From the IMG/VR virus record IMGVR_UViG_3300044627_003892: a stretch of 64,000 nucleotides of DNA; one strand, given 5' to 3'. The translations under genes were made by a program, and so were the position numbers. Positions 39,480-50,635 of the stretch are shown here, one piece after another; positions within the stretch are counted from its first letter, which is position 1; each line of letters starts with the position of its first letter. This DNA is from a virus (taxonomy: Duplodnaviria; Caudoviricetes). The notes beneath the pieces were generated by a model that saw only the letters and a program-made list of their open reading frames with translations, had not been told where the DNA came from and made no database searches.

Positions 39480-40808
39480 TTATTTTATTTTTATTTTCAT
39501 TTTGGTTCCACCTTCAATTTTTTCACAACTCAATTTAAAACCATGTTCTTCTAATATCGCAACACATATATTCAACCCAAGACCCTTCTCTTCACCAGTG
39601 ACATCAGCCTTCTTTGAATACTTTGTTAAATGTTTTTCAAGTTGTTTTTGTGAGAATCCTTTACCATTGTCCTCAACTATTAAATATTCTTCTTCGTTAT
39701 ATATCTTAACTTTTTTAACTTCACTATCGTTATATGATAAACCATTCTTAATTAAGTTCTCAACCGCATTACAGAATAAAGTCTCATTCACTTCCATATC
39801 ACCCAAGTCAGATATCTCAACCTGTGAACTATATGAATTTGGTGAAATGTATTTCCAAATCAAATCTTTAGCGTTAACCACAGATTTATTTAACACAACA
39901 TTTTGTTTAACAAGATTGGTAAACTCATAAACACTCTTATAAACTTTTTGAGTGTGGTTTAATCCTTCTTTAACCATCTTAAGTGCTCCTTCAATCTTCA
40001 ATCTTTGGATGTCCTCAACGGTTAATCTTTTTTCTAATGATGTAATACCTCTTGGCATGTATGTATTAATACCTGAGTGCATGTCATGTCTGATGATTCT
40101 TGCTGCGTGTTCCAAGTAACTATTCTTCTTAGCAATATCACTAATCTGTTGTTCAATCTCAACATCCTGTACTTGTATTCTCTTTCTTTGTAAGACAACC
40201 GCCAATATTAAAACAAACAGTATAACAACACCTAAAGCACCATAAAGGTATTTCTTCAAGGTCTCTCTTTGTTTTTCCAAATCAGTTTTTTCAGTCATCA
40301 AATTTCCATTCTCATCCATTAAGTCATCAGTCTCCAAAGTCAAACCGATGATATTCTTTTCTTTACTTAACGAAGTAATGGTATTTTCTTTTGATTTTAT
40401 AAGTTCTTCATTTCTTATAGCTTGAGCTAATAATAAATCTCGTTCTGCGGTAAGTTTATTAATCTTGTTATCAATTTGAACTAATACATTTTTTAAATCT
40501 TCTTTAGGTAAATCAGTATACGATTTTGGTAAGTCAGTTAAAAACTGTAAGTCTTCAGCAATACTTGCTAAATCACTTTCAGACAATTTAGTTTCATCAA
40601 CTGGTTCAGGTTCAGGTGGAATCCAAGTTGTAACGATTTCTTGTATATCCATAGCCGCAACTTGACTAGTATCACCATCAATCTGTAAATTATCGTTAGA
40701 CCATGAAACGTCAATTCCGTCAACTAATGTATCGTTGTAATTCAAATTTTGTGAGTGTAAACCTGTCGATACGAGTGTTACTAAAATCAATAATATTATC
40801 TTTTTCAT
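39480..40808 (-). CDS. membrane sensor histidine kinase
   Basis: Signal peptide, coiled coil, TM, IRHDMHSG (H box), NLIKNG (N box), DNGKG, GLGLNIC. Confidence 0.9.
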   Translation of the reverse strand: MKKIILLILVTLVSTGLHSQNLNYNDTLVDGIDVSWSNDNLQIDGDTSQVAAMDIQEIVTTWIPPEPEPVDETKLSESDLASIAEDLQFLTDLPKSYTDLPKEDLKNVLVQIDNKINKLTAERDLLLAQAIRNEELIKSKENTITSLSKEKNIIGLTLETDDLMDENGNLMTEKTDLEKQRETLKKYLYGALGVVILFVLILAVVLQRKRIQVQDVEIEQQISDIAKKNSYLEHAARIIRHDMHSGINTYMPRGITSLEKRLTVEDIQRLKIEGALKMVKEGLNHTQKVYKSVYEFTNLVKQNVVLNKSVVNAKDLIWKYISPNSYSSQVEISDLGDMEVNETLFCNAVENLIKNGLSYNDSEVKKVKIYNEEEYLIVEDNGKGFSQKQLEKHLTKYSKKADVTGEEKGLGLNICVAILEEHGFKLSCEKIEGGTKMKIKIK

Positions 40809-41425
40809 TACTTTTTTAATTCTTCTTTTAATAAACTTTTATTTTTCCAAATCCATGATTCATATCTTCGAGTTATACCATTAAAATCAAGAAACTTTAA
40901 ATTGTGAAAATAATTTGTTGCTGGTGCGAACTGCATATCAAACTCTTCTCTGAATTTTTTATATTCTTCATACTCACTTTTAGTCATTTTTTCAAAAACA
41001 AGAATTTTTCCGTATTCATGAGTGTAAAGATTGTAATCATCTAAATTCACAAAATATAACTTGTTGTATGGGGGTATAGTGTATATGAACGCTCCATTTG
41101 TAGCGTATTCCCAAAGAGTCATGTTCAATTCATCAGCCCATTTATATGTCGTATCTGCTACATATTTGATACTATCTAACATGTTAGGTATATTTTCAAC
41201 AATGTTATTTAAACTATCTATCTTATTATTTAAGGATGTGATTTTTTTACCTTGTTCTCTAATAATCCTTCTTTGTGTTTCAATTGCTTTATTAATATCA
41301 ACAGATTGTTTAACAGATAGGATAACAACAGAGTCACCTCTATAGATTGTTTGAATTGGGTATTTAATTTGACTAAACCCAAACAAAGAAATTGTTAAGA
41401 AAATAAAAGTTAGTAATGTTTTCAT
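40808..41425 (-). CDS. secreted coiled-coil hypothetical protein
   Basis: Signal peptide; lies between the two kinases. Confidence 0.65.
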   Translation of the reverse strand: MKTLLTFIFLTISLFGFSQIKYPIQTIYRGDSVVILSVKQSVDINKAIETQRRIIREQGKKITSLNNKIDSLNNIVENIPNMLDSIKYVADTTYKWADELNMTLWEYATNGAFIYTIPPYNKLYFVNLDDYNLYTHEYGKILVFEKMTKSEYEEYKKFREEFDMQFAPATNYFHNLKFLDFNGITRRYESWIWKNKSLLKEELKK

Positions 41426-42693
41426 TTAAATTTGATTTTCATTTTAGTTCCTGTTTCATTTTTTTCACAGGTTATTTTAAATCCGTGTTCTTCTAAAATG
41501 GCAACACAGATATTCAATCCTAAACCAGTACCCGATTCTTTTTGACCTTCTTTTCTGGTGTATGGTTTTGATAAATAATTAAAATCTTCTTGGGTAATAC
41601 CTCTACCATTATCCTGTATGAATATCATATCACCTTCAGAGTATATCTTAACAAACTTTGTTTCAGAGTCGTTATACTTTAAACCATTCCTAATTAGATT
41701 ATCAACTGCAGTACAGAACAATGGTTCATTCAATTCAATCGTTGGTAGGTTATCATCCAACATAACCTGACTAATGTATGCCGTCGAGGACAAATAGTCC
41801 TTGAGAATGTCCTTGATGTTAAATTCAGTTTTATTAAGAACAACATCTTTCTTTACCAGATTGGTAAATTCATAAACACCTTTATAAACTTTCTGTGAAT
41901 GCTTAAGTCCTTCCTTAATCATTTTAAGTGGTGCCTCAATTTTAAGTTTAACAATATCTTCTTGAGTTAATCTTCTCTCCAACGAGTTAACACCTCTTGG
42001 TATATAGGTATTAATACCTGAATGCATATCGTGTCTCAATATCTTAGCAGCATGTTCCAAGTATGTATTCTTTCTTTCAATCTCTTTCTTCTGTTCGTAA
42101 GAATTCGTGATATCAATAGCGATTTTCATAACACGATAAATCTTACCATCAGTATCAAAAATAGGATTGTAGGTCGCTTGTAAATAAACTAAAGACCCAT
42201 CTTTTTTAACTCTAACAATTTCCCCTGAAAATAATACACCACTTCTTAATTTTTCCCAAAAAAGACAATAATCCTCACTTTTCTCATAATCATCTTCCAC
42301 AAAAATTCTGTGATGTTTTCCAACTATTTCATCCTGTGATGGATATCCCATAGTTTTTATAAACAAATCATTGGCAAAAATAATATTACCTTCTAAATCA
42401 AATTCAATTACCGCATTAGATTTATTGATAGCGGTCATTCTATTAGTAAGTTCATTTTCTATTTTAATTAACTTATCTACAGATTCTTTAGATATTGAAT
42501 TTTTATTAGATTTGATAAAGTCTTTAATCATTAATATTGATATAGGAATTAACAAAATAAAACAAATGTATTCAATACCACGTGTAACTCTTGTTGATTC
42601 CTGTATTTCAAGTAAAACCGATGTTTTAACCAAAAAGAATACAGACATTATTAAAATAGAACAAAGTAAATAGATTTTTGTTTTTTTAGTCAT
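41422..42693 (-). CDS. PAS/PAC sensor histidine kinase
   Basis: 2 TMs, PAS (AVIEFDLEGNIIFANDLF...GKHHRIF...ATYNPI), LRHDMHSG, NLIRNG, DNGRG, GLGLNIC. Confidence 0.92.
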   Translation of the reverse strand: MTKKTKIYLLCSILIMSVFFLVKTSVLLEIQESTRVTRGIEYICFILLIPISILMIKDFIKSNKNSISKESVDKLIKIENELTNRMTAINKSNAVIEFDLEGNIIFANDLFIKTMGYPSQDEIVGKHHRIFVEDDYEKSEDYCLFWEKLRSGVLFSGEIVRVKKDGSLVYLQATYNPIFDTDGKIYRVMKIAIDITNSYEQKKEIERKNTYLEHAAKILRHDMHSGINTYIPRGVNSLERRLTQEDIVKLKIEAPLKMIKEGLKHSQKVYKGVYEFTNLVKKDVVLNKTEFNIKDILKDYLSSTAYISQVMLDDNLPTIELNEPLFCTAVDNLIRNGLKYNDSETKFVKIYSEGDMIFIQDNGRGITQEDFNYLSKPYTRKEGQKESGTGLGLNICVAILEEHGFKITCEKNETGTKMKIKFK

Positions 42694-42765
42694 ATTTCAT
42701 AAATACCTTTATTAAATAAAAAAACCCCTCAAATTAGAGGGGTTTAAACATTAGTTGGTTGTGAA

Positions 42766-44646
42766 CTACTTACCAACTTCTTCAAAATCTACATCAGATA
42801 CTTCAGAATCGTTATTCTCCATTTCGTTCATGTTGTTCATTTCAGAAGTTTGACTATAAAGATTTACAGTAATCTCTTGGAACACCTTGTTGATGTTATC
42901 AATACCTTCCTTAATCTTCTCAATATCTTTTGACGAATGAGCCGACTTTAATTCTTCAAGAGCTACAGTTACCTCTGACTTTTGTTCTTCCGTAATCTTG
43001 TCTTCAATATCTTTCAAAGACTTTTCCACTTGGAAGATTGTTGTGTCAGCTTGGTTGATAACCTCAGCATCTTCTTTTGCTTTCTTATCTGATTCAGCGT
43101 TCATCTCCGCTTCCTTCTTCATCGTTTCAATCTCTTCTTTCGAAAGTCCTGATGATGATTCAATACGGATATTTTGTTGTTTGTTAGTTCCTTTGTCAAG
43201 AGCCGATACATTGATAATACCATTAGCATCAATATCAAACGTTACCTCAACCTGTGGAATACCTCTTTGTGCCGGTGGGATACCATCCAGGTGGAAACGT
43301 CCAATACTTCGGTTGTCTTTCGCCATTGCTCTCTCACCTTGTAATACATGGATTTCAACGGTTGGTTGGTTATCAACTGCAGTTGAGAATACCTGTGACT
43401 TCTTGGTCGGGATAGTAGTGTTCGCTTCAATTAACTTTGTGAATACTCCACCCATAGTTTCAATACCAAGTGATAGTGGTGTTACATCTAATAACAATAC
43501 ATCTTTAACATCACCTGCTAATACACCTGCCTGAATTGCTGCTCCAAGAGCAACAACCTCATCAGGGTTAACACCCTTTGATGGTTCCTTACCGAAGAAC
43601 TTCTTAACTGCTTCCTGAATTGCCGGAATACGTGTTGTTCCTCCAACCAAAATGATTTCGTCAATATCACTTGTCTTAATTCCTGCGTTCTTCAATGCCG
43701 ACTTACAAGGAGCAATAGTTCTTTCAACCAAACTATCAACAAGTTGTTCAAACTTAGCCTTAGTTAAAGTTCTTACCAAGTGTTTCGGTATACCATCAAC
43801 AGGCATAATATATGGTAAGTTAATCTCCGTAGATGGTGAAGAAGATAATTCAATCTTCGCCTTCTCAGCTCCTTCACGAAGACGTTGAAGAGCCATAGCA
43901 TCTTTGGTCAAGTCAATTCCGTTTTCATCTTTGAACTCTGTAACCAACCAGTCAATGATTGCTTGGTCAAAGTCATCACCACCAAGGTGTGTATCACCAT
44001 CAGTAGACAATACTTCAAAAACACCATCACCAAGTTCCAAGACAGATACGTCATGTGTTCCACCACCACAGTCAAACACAACAATCTTCATATCTTTAGA
44101 TTGTTTGTCCAATCCGTAAGCAAGTGCCGCCGCAGTTGGTTCATTAACAATTCTCATTACTTTCAAACCTGCAATCTCTCCAGCTTCTTTCGTAGCTTGA
44201 CGTTGAGCATCGTTGAAGTATGCTGGTACCGTGATAACTGCCTCAGTTACCTCTGAACCCAAATAGTCCTCAGCAGTTTGTTTCATCTTTTGGAGAACCA
44301 TTGCCGAAATTTCTTGTGGTGAATATTTTCTATCCTCAATCTCAACACGAGGAGTTCCACCATCACCCTTAACTACTTTATAAGGAACACGTTTAACCTC
44401 ACCCTTACTTTCATCAAAACTTGTTCCCATGAAACGTTTGATAGATGAGATAGTCTTATCAGGATTAGTAACCGCCTGACGTTTAGCAGGGTCACCAACC
44501 TTTCTTTCACCACCATTTAAGAAACCCACAATTGAAGGGGTGGTTCTTTTTCCTTCACTGTTTGTAATTACAACTGGTTCGTTACCTTCCATTACGGCAA
44601 CACATGAGTTAGTTGTTCCAAGGTCAATACCTATAATTTTTCCCAT
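42766..44646 (-). CDS. dnaK: molecular chaperone DnaK
   Basis: [50 protein letters not shown]. Confidence 0.98.
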   Translation of the reverse strand: MGKIIGIDLGTTNSCVAVMEGNEPVVITNSEGKRTTPSIVGFLNGGERKVGDPAKRQAVTNPDKTISSIKRFMGTSFDESKGEVKRVPYKVVKGDGGTPRVEIEDRKYSPQEISAMVLQKMKQTAEDYLGSEVTEAVITVPAYFNDAQRQATKEAGEIAGLKVMRIVNEPTAAALAYGLDKQSKDMKIVVFDCGGGTHDVSVLELGDGVFEVLSTDGDTHLGGDDFDQAIIDWLVTEFKDENGIDLTKDAMALQRLREGAEKAKIELSSSPSTEINLPYIMPVDGIPKHLVRTLTKAKFEQLVDSLVERTIAPCKSALKNAGIKTSDIDEIILVGGTTRIPAIQEAVKKFFGKEPSKGVNPDEVVALGAAIQAGVLAGDVKDVLLLDVTPLSLGIETMGGVFTKLIEANTTIPTKKSQVFSTAVDNQPTVEIHVLQGERAMAKDNRSIGRFHLDGIPPAQRGIPQVEVTFDIDANGIINVSALDKGTNKQQNIRIESSSGLSKEEIETMKKEAEMNAESDKKAKEDAEVINQADTTIFQVEKSLKDIEDKITEEQKSEVTVALEELKSAHSSKDIEKIKEGIDNINKVFQEITVNLYSQTSEMNNMNEMENNDSEVSDVDFEEVGK

Positions 44647-44748
44647 AGTTTAATTTAATTTTGTTTAATAATATTGATTATTTTTTATGGAGTCAAGTCC
44701 GACCCCCATTATTAAACAATGTGCCAAAGAAAAAAGTATGACAAATTG

Positions 44749-45891
44749 TCACGCGAAAAGACTTCTTGTGTCGTAATAATTTTGGTATATGTCAGCAATC
44801 TCTTTGTTGGATAATACCCTATTGTACGCCAGAAATACTTGTAAACCACCACGGTATTGTTGTCTGTTACTTGGTATCACCAAATTACCTAAAGTGAATG
44901 GTTCAATGTTTGGATTCCAATTAGAAGGTTCAAAGTCCTCTTGGTTAGTTTCATTCAATACACCATCAACATAAAAACTTATATTAGATTTACCAGCGGA
45001 ATCGTCAGGGGCGAAAACGTATGTATAAAGATGCCAACTTCTGTCATCTAAAGCGTTAACACCAATTCTTGATTGTGTAGAATTTGTTGTGTCAGTAATA
45101 TTATAATAAAAATAGATGAAACCACCTGTATTGTAAAAACCAACCCTTTGACTAAAAGTTGGAGTACATGAGAAAAGAGTTGGTGTATCACCTTCGTTAA
45201 CATATGAAGGGAAAGCCCAAAACATCAAAGTAAAAGTATTCCCAAGTTGTCTTCGTGGAGTGTTCGGGTCAATAAAGTATTGACCTGTACTGTTAAAATC
45301 ATAAAGTAAACTACCATTATCAAATCTAGCAATTACTGAAGAAGTTCCAGAAAATCCGCTCATAGCTGAGCGTCTAAAATCATACCATGTTGAACCTATC
45401 CAAGGATAAGAAGCCACATGTCCAGCATCCAAAGCAAATGTCAAACCACTTGTTGGTATGTTTGGATAATTCATATTAACACAAACATTCTTACCTTTTT
45501 CACCACCAGAATTACCTGAACCATCCTCCTTAAACCAATTAAACGCTGCTTCAATAGTTGTTGTTGCTGTAAATTTGTTAACAAAATCAATAACACCTTG
45601 CTGGTCATCAAATTGAACACACCTGTATTTGTCGTTAGCGTTCCCAGTATTACCTATTGTACTCCCAGTATAATATATAGTATACACCAAATCATCTATA
45701 CTACGATTATCAATACCCTGATACCATCCAGTACCTGAAGAAGGATAATAAGGACGATTAACATCAATACCAAAATACCAAGTATTAATATTTAAATAAT
45801 TGGAATCGTAATTAAGATTATTTTTATTACCGTTTGAGGTATAATCTATTTTGATTTTGTTTGGAACAATACTGTTGTATATCTCAGCCAT
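44749..45891 (-). CDS. LamG/concanavalin A-like domain protein (probably virion-associated)
   Basis: LTFALDAG..ASYP, FTLMFW, WHLYTYV, FYVDGVL, YNRVLS..EI. Confidence 0.75.
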   Translation of the reverse strand: MAEIYNSIVPNKIKIDYTSNGNKNNLNYDSNYLNINTWYFGIDVNRPYYPSSGTGWYQGIDNRSIDDLVYTIYYTGSTIGNTGNANDKYRCVQFDDQQGVIDFVNKFTATTTIEAAFNWFKEDGSGNSGGEKGKNVCVNMNYPNIPTSGLTFALDAGHVASYPWIGSTWYDFRRSAMSGFSGTSSVIARFDNGSLLYDFNSTGQYFIDPNTPRRQLGNTFTLMFWAFPSYVNEGDTPTLFSCTPTFSQRVGFYNTGGFIYFYYNITDTTNSTQSRIGVNALDDRSWHLYTYVFAPDDSAGKSNISFYVDGVLNETNQEDFEPSNWNPNIEPFTLGNLVIPSNRQQYRGGLQVFLAYNRVLSNKEIADIYQNYYDTRSLFA

Positions 45892-45902
45892 ACTAATAAG
45901 TA

Positions 45903-46289
45903 TTATACAACAGATTTAATTTTGTCATATAAAGTGGTAACCTCAGGGTGATTATATTCAATCCATTTGATTAACTGTTCATGCCATCTACCCTCACCAA
46001 ATAAACCATCAAGTTTTTCTTGAATAAAATACTCAACAACTATCATAGGAACATCTCCACCCCTATAAGGATTTCTTATACGTATCTTAAAAAGCATCTC
46101 GTAACTTTCCGCATCATAAAACGATACCGAATCAATTTGATTTATATCAGGTACCTCATTCAAATCATCATAGTCATCAAAACCATCAATAAATTCAACA
46201 TTAACATATTCAGGCATAATATCCTCAATAACATTATAAATCATGTTCTGAAGTTTCTGATATTGATGAGCACTTAATTGGATTTTCAT
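45903..46289 (-). CDS. hypothetical protein
   Basis: 128-aa ORF. Confidence 0.65.
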   Translation of the reverse strand: MKIQLSAHQYQKLQNMIYNVIEDIMPEYVNVEFIDGFDDYDDLNEVPDINQIDSVSFYDAESYEMLFKIRIRNPYRGGDVPMIVVEYFIQEKLDGLFGEGRWHEQLIKWIEYNHPEVTTLYDKIKSVV

Positions 46290-47389
46290 CTTAAAGAATA
46301 AAGTTTTGAAACCCTTTTTAACATATTGTTTGCCGTGAATTTGAATCTCTTCTCAAAGTATTCAAAAAACTTCTTTGGGTCTTTTCTAACGGCCAATGGT
46401 ACGGCATCAATCTTTGAAGCACTAACACCAGTTGTTATTAAATGGTTTGTAATCTTTTGTAAAATATCATTCCATTCAAAAATCCATTCATAAGCCTTCT
46501 CAACCGATGTCTGTTTAACTATCATATCTTGGATACTGTTAATCTTACCAAACGAGTTAAGTAATTCTTCCGCCGAGAAATTTCTTAATTCCTCAATCTC
46601 ACCAAAAATCTGTGTACCCTTTAAAGCACCAATGAAATCTTCGTAACTATCTATCTTAGTCCGTCTTAAGATTTGTGAAACCTGTGGAATACGAGCATCT
46701 TGCTCAAACTTTAAACTCACATAAATTAAATGTAAAAAATTATTCCACTCAGGTAAAAACTGATTGTTAATAGCATTAACCAAAACATTAGTTGTCTGTC
46801 CCTTACCAAATCCTACCTGACCCTTATTAACATATCTTTTATACAACTGATAAGCATGTAACAACTCATGTGAAATAACCGAATCCAACTTTGGTGATAA
46901 CAATTCCAAATTATCCCACGTTTCTTCATCCATTCTGATATGGAAGTCTAACGTACTAACATCAAAGACATCTTCACTCTTGAAATCCTTAGCCTCAAAA
47001 CTATGTGAAGCATCAATATTAAGATTACTTTTATAAACCGCCGGTAAAACATCCTCTTCAAATATTTCAAACCTAATACCAATAGGATTTTTATACATAG
47101 GGAATTTTTTCCACTCATTTTCATCAAAGCTTTGTGATTGCTTAACCATATTCCAAGACTTCTCCCCACCAATAGTTATTACACCAGAACGCATAACACT
47201 TTCACCAACGGTTTTAACATCAATCTCAACCTCGTCTAAAGGTTCGTTGGCAGACTTAAAAGAATAGAGCAGTTTTTTAACGACCTCAGTGAATACCGAA
47301 GTCATCATTTCAATATCAGAAGGAACACCTACCGCCTCACGTAGTAGGTTTCTTATTTTCAGTTTGTTTGATACGGACATTTTTCTCAA
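46286..47389 (-). CDS. HExxH-containing hypothetical protein
   Basis: ISHELLHAY...EQDAR; N-terminal IRNLLREA leader. Confidence 0.65.
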   Translation of the reverse strand: MRKMSVSNKLKIRNLLREAVGVPSDIEMMTSVFTEVVKKLLYSFKSANEPLDEVEIDVKTVGESVMRSGVITIGGEKSWNMVKQSQSFDENEWKKFPMYKNPIGIRFEIFEEDVLPAVYKSNLNIDASHSFEAKDFKSEDVFDVSTLDFHIRMDEETWDNLELLSPKLDSVISHELLHAYQLYKRYVNKGQVGFGKGQTTNVLVNAINNQFLPEWNNFLHLIYVSLKFEQDARIPQVSQILRRTKIDSYEDFIGALKGTQIFGEIEELRNFSAEELLNSFGKINSIQDMIVKQTSVEKAYEWIFEWNDILQKITNHLITTGVSASKIDAVPLAVRKDPKKFFEYFEKRFKFTANNMLKRVSKLYSLR

Positions 47390-47543
47390 ATAATTCTTTA
47401 TTCCTTTCGTATAAAGATAAGTCAGTAGTAAACATCAGTTTCTTAATCTGTTCCTCCGTTAAACCTTCAAATGGATTTTTCATAATACGAATATAATGAT
47501 AAATATTAATAAAACCAAAAAACCCCCTAAATAAATTAGAGGG

Positions 47544-47888
47544 TCATTTCCAAAACAACTGAACCATCAGTATCATCAAACTCAATAACAAACATACACC
47601 AGTTTTAATCGTTATCGGTTCACCAAATAATGAGACAGACATAATTGTAAACATTATCGTACCAATAACAAACCCTATCAATCTTGATGGCCACAACTGA
47701 CCGTCAAAATGTTGAACCATTAAACCAACTGATGTCATAAACAATATTGAAATCGGGATACCCATCAACACAACCAACCACTGATGGTTTTTCATCCACT
47801 CAAACTTCCATCTCCCCTGTAGTTGTAAGAAAGTTAGTACTTGAGCGAGTGACCCGATTAACATTGCCAGTAATAATTTCATTAACAA
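47544..47888 (-). CDS. small four-TM membrane protein
   Basis: Four hydrophobic segments, SMR/EamA-like layout. Confidence 0.65.
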   Translation of the reverse strand: MLMKLLLAMLIGSLAQVLTFLQLQGRWKFEWMKNHQWLVVLMGIPISILFMTSVGLMVQHFDGQLWPSRLIGFVIGTIMFTIMSVSLFGEPITIKTGVCLLLSLMILMVQLFWK

Positions 47889-47917
47889 ATATAAGGTGAA
47901 ACTTTTAGATAATCAAA

Positions 47918-48472
47918 TTATCTTGGTTGTCTAAAGGAAAGATTATACTCATCTAAATCAACGGAACCTCTAAGTTCATTTTCTAACTCAATCTTAAAAT
48001 CTTTCCAATCGGCAAATTGTTCCTTTGTTAAATTAGTAAATGTAATTGTTATTTCAGGATTGGTACTTCTATCCCAACTTAATTCTGTATTGGGATAGTT
48101 TGTTCTCTTAATTGCTTCTTCAATTTTATCATTGATATCTGATATGTAATCATAATTAATGAATTCATCAAAAACTTTATAATATTCTTTTGGTAATCCT
48201 GTTGAATTAAAAAACTCAGTAAACACACCTTCAAACTTTTTTGACCAATCATATGTAAACAACGGAATTCCAGTTAATTTTTTTCTTGAGGGTCTAAAAA
48301 ACTTGGTGTATTCTTCATCGTATTGTCCACTGTTTTTATCAGTTTTGGCAACATCAGTATAAACCTTCAATGCTCGTCTACCATCCAAATCAACAAACTC
48401 ATATTTAACATCTTTTGGGATGTTCAGTTTAGCCTTTAAAAAACTACTCAATATTTGTTCTTTCTTTGTCAT
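47918..48472 (-). CDS. hypothetical protein
   Basis: Start MTKKE after a TATTTAT motif. Confidence 0.6.
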   Translation of the reverse strand: MTKKEQILSSFLKAKLNIPKDVKYEFVDLDGRRALKVYTDVAKTDKNSGQYDEEYTKFFRPSRKKLTGIPLFTYDWSKKFEGVFTEFFNSTGLPKEYYKVFDEFINYDYISDINDKIEEAIKRTNYPNTELSWDRSTNPEITITFTNLTKEQFADWKDFKIELENELRGSVDLDEYNLSFRQPR

Positions 48473-48545
48473 ATAATTTATAAATACAAATATAAACAAA
48501 AAACCCCATCATTTACGACAGGGTTTAATAATTTTTGTTTTAAGA

Positions 48546-48899
48546 TTACTTGGTATAAGTTCTCAAACAGTGTGAAGCCCAAGCCATAGAACCAAGAATT
48601 ACTGGTACCAAGAAACCTGAACCACCCATAAGGGCTACGTGAAGAGCAACTGCTCCTGACATTACTGAAGACAAGATAACCGCTCCGTAGATTGATGTTC
48701 TTGGGATACAAAGAGCTATAACACCAGCAACTTCCATCACACCAACAAGTGCCATGTAAGGTAGTAAGTTCATTGCCGTGAAATTAGTAACTTGTTGTTC
48801 AGCACTAGTGATTTTTGTTAGTCCGCTCATTCCAAGCATAAAGGTAACGATTGCCGTTAGCAACCATCCCAAATTTTTAAGTGTAAGATATTTTTTCAT
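48546..48899 (-). CDS. DoxX-family membrane protein
   Basis: MSGLTK...VGVMEVAG...IPRTSIYGA...GAVALH. Confidence 0.75.
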   Translation of the reverse strand: MKKYLTLKNLGWLLTAIVTFMLGMSGLTKITSAEQQVTNFTAMNLLPYMALVGVMEVAGVIALCIPRTSIYGAVILSSVMSGAVALHVALMGGSGFLVPVILGSMAWASHCLRTYTK

Positions 48900-48934
48900 A
48901 TTCCAATTATAGAATATAAACTTTAGATTGTCAA

Positions 48935-49306
48935 TTATTTTTTATAAGGAATTGTTTTAGTCCATTTTAACCTATACTGACCATTAACTTTGTCAAATGG
49001 TTCAAAACTAAATCTAAAATCACCTATGTTAGCATACACTGGATAAATTGGGAACTCATAATCTTGTTTAACATGGAACGCATTTATACCAACCTTACTT
49101 TTGTTTAACTTTTCTAAAAAAGTTTTAGGTGTTTCTTTATTTAGTAAATTAATACCCATCTTTTTAGCGTCCTGAATAATATTATTATCAATATTAATTT
49201 CAGCATTTTTAGGAATTGCAACAGGACCATCCTTTGTTTGTTCGGCAATAACTCTTTTTATAATTCTAACCAAATCACTCTCAGTTAAGTTAATAATTTT
49301 TTTCAT
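48935..49306 (-). CDS. MKKIINLTESDL-leader protein
   Basis: Leader motif. Confidence 0.7.
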   Translation of the reverse strand: MKKIINLTESDLVRIIKRVIAEQTKDGPVAIPKNAEINIDNNIIQDAKKMGINLLNKETPKTFLEKLNKSKVGINAFHVKQDYEFPIYPVYANIGDFRFSFEPFDKVNGQYRLKWTKTIPYKK

Positions 49307-49321
49307 ACTTTATAAATAGAT

Positions 49322-49651
49322 TTAATCAGAAAATTTAAAAGGATACTTTTTCATCAAAATATTAGGATTAATTTCAGATATATCGACACCAAGTGTGTTT
49401 TCAACCCAAATACCTATATTATCTTTTGATACAGTTTTATCAATAGTGAAAAAATCACATATCTCCCTAATCAAATCAGGCGAAATAAAACAATAATGTT
49501 TAGTGATGTCAAATACAATTTCAGAATACGTATCATTTTCTGAATTTAAAAAATATATATAACCGTCTTTTTCAATTTGAATGAAGTCCTGGTTATCCAA
49601 ATATTTAAAGATTACTCTATCTAATTGTGATTCTGTGATTATATATTTCAT
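49322..49651 (-). CDS. MKYLITESQL-family protein
   Basis: Paralog of 4372 (IFKYLDNQDFIQI...WVENTL). Confidence 0.8.
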   Translation of the reverse strand: MKYIITESQLDRVIFKYLDNQDFIQIEKDGYIYFLNSENDTYSEIVFDITKHYCFISPDLIREICDFFTIDKTVSKDNIGIWVENTLGVDISEINPNILMKKYPFKFSD

Positions 49652-49660
49652 TTATAATAC

Positions 49661-50560
49661 TTACTCAGGTTCGTCACTCTTGGGGCTCTTATAACCAATT
49701 TTTTCAAATGGTTCTCTATTTTCTTTTTTAGCACTATAAAATAACTCATACATCATATTGAGTAACCTTGTCTCCCCAATAAGTTTTAATAACTTACTAC
49801 TAACAATAATACTTCTGTTTAAAACAAGTTTTCTTCTGTTTTTCTTGGTTAAGTATCTTTCATAGATACTATCAGTTACAATTTCAATTACTTTACTTTT
49901 AGGTAATCCGTCTTCAATTAATAAGACCGAATCATCGTAAACAACTGCGTTAATATCCGGCATTTCTAATAATCTTCTAAAAACTTCCTGAACCGCATTA
50001 GTTGCATTTTCAGCTGATTGTATAAATCCAAGTTTATGAAGAAGTGACCTGTAAATTTTAACACCGAGATTATACCCAAGTAATGATTTAGGTAGTCCTA
50101 CCGGGAAGTGAGTTCTATTTCTTGGCTGGTCAGTGTACATGTAAATCCATATTGTTTCTATAAACTCCCTGTAATCAGCAGCCATTTGAGCAATCTTACT
50201 AAGAGGATTTAATCCGTTTGTATAACCATTCTTATTTAATTCTTCGTACAACTCAGTCATCTCTTTCATTTTATTAGTTATGTTTTTTGGTAACATAACA
50301 TAAAAAAACTTATTTGGTTCATAAAAATTGATGTCTTCCCATTTAATATTTCGGAGTTCACTATCAATTTCGGAGTAAAGGTTATTACATTTTTTAACCA
50401 TCTTCTTTAACTCACTTCTTGATTCTTCACTCTTTTCTTTATCGATAAGAGATTTGACAAGATAGTTCTTTGGCTGAGAAGCTCTTACCTTTCTCATACT
50501 GAGTCCCATTTCTTTAACTTCAGCTTCTTCTCTTATGATTTTTTTGATTAAATCCCTCAT
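49661..50560 (-). CDS. hypothetical protein with LIKKIIREE leader
   Basis: 299-aa ORF. Confidence 0.7.
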   Translation of the reverse strand: MRDLIKKIIREEAEVKEMGLSMRKVRASQPKNYLVKSLIDKEKSEESRSELKKMVKKCNNLYSEIDSELRNIKWEDINFYEPNKFFYVMLPKNITNKMKEMTELYEELNKNGYTNGLNPLSKIAQMAADYREFIETIWIYMYTDQPRNRTHFPVGLPKSLLGYNLGVKIYRSLLHKLGFIQSAENATNAVQEVFRRLLEMPDINAVVYDDSVLLIEDGLPKSKVIEIVTDSIYERYLTKKNRRKLVLNRSIIVSSKLLKLIGETRLLNMMYELFYSAKKENREPFEKIGYKSPKSDEPE

Positions 50561-50635
50561 ACCAAATAAATATCACATTGTTTTTCTTTTTTTAAAGTAT
50601 TAGAACATGTAATTTTTTGTATATTAGCTTAAAAT

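Noticed and set aside
42998-44256. Long plus-strand ORFs opposite dnaK (and similar ones opposite glnII, the kinases and phosphoesterases)
   Set aside because: Antisense shadows of well-supported genes.
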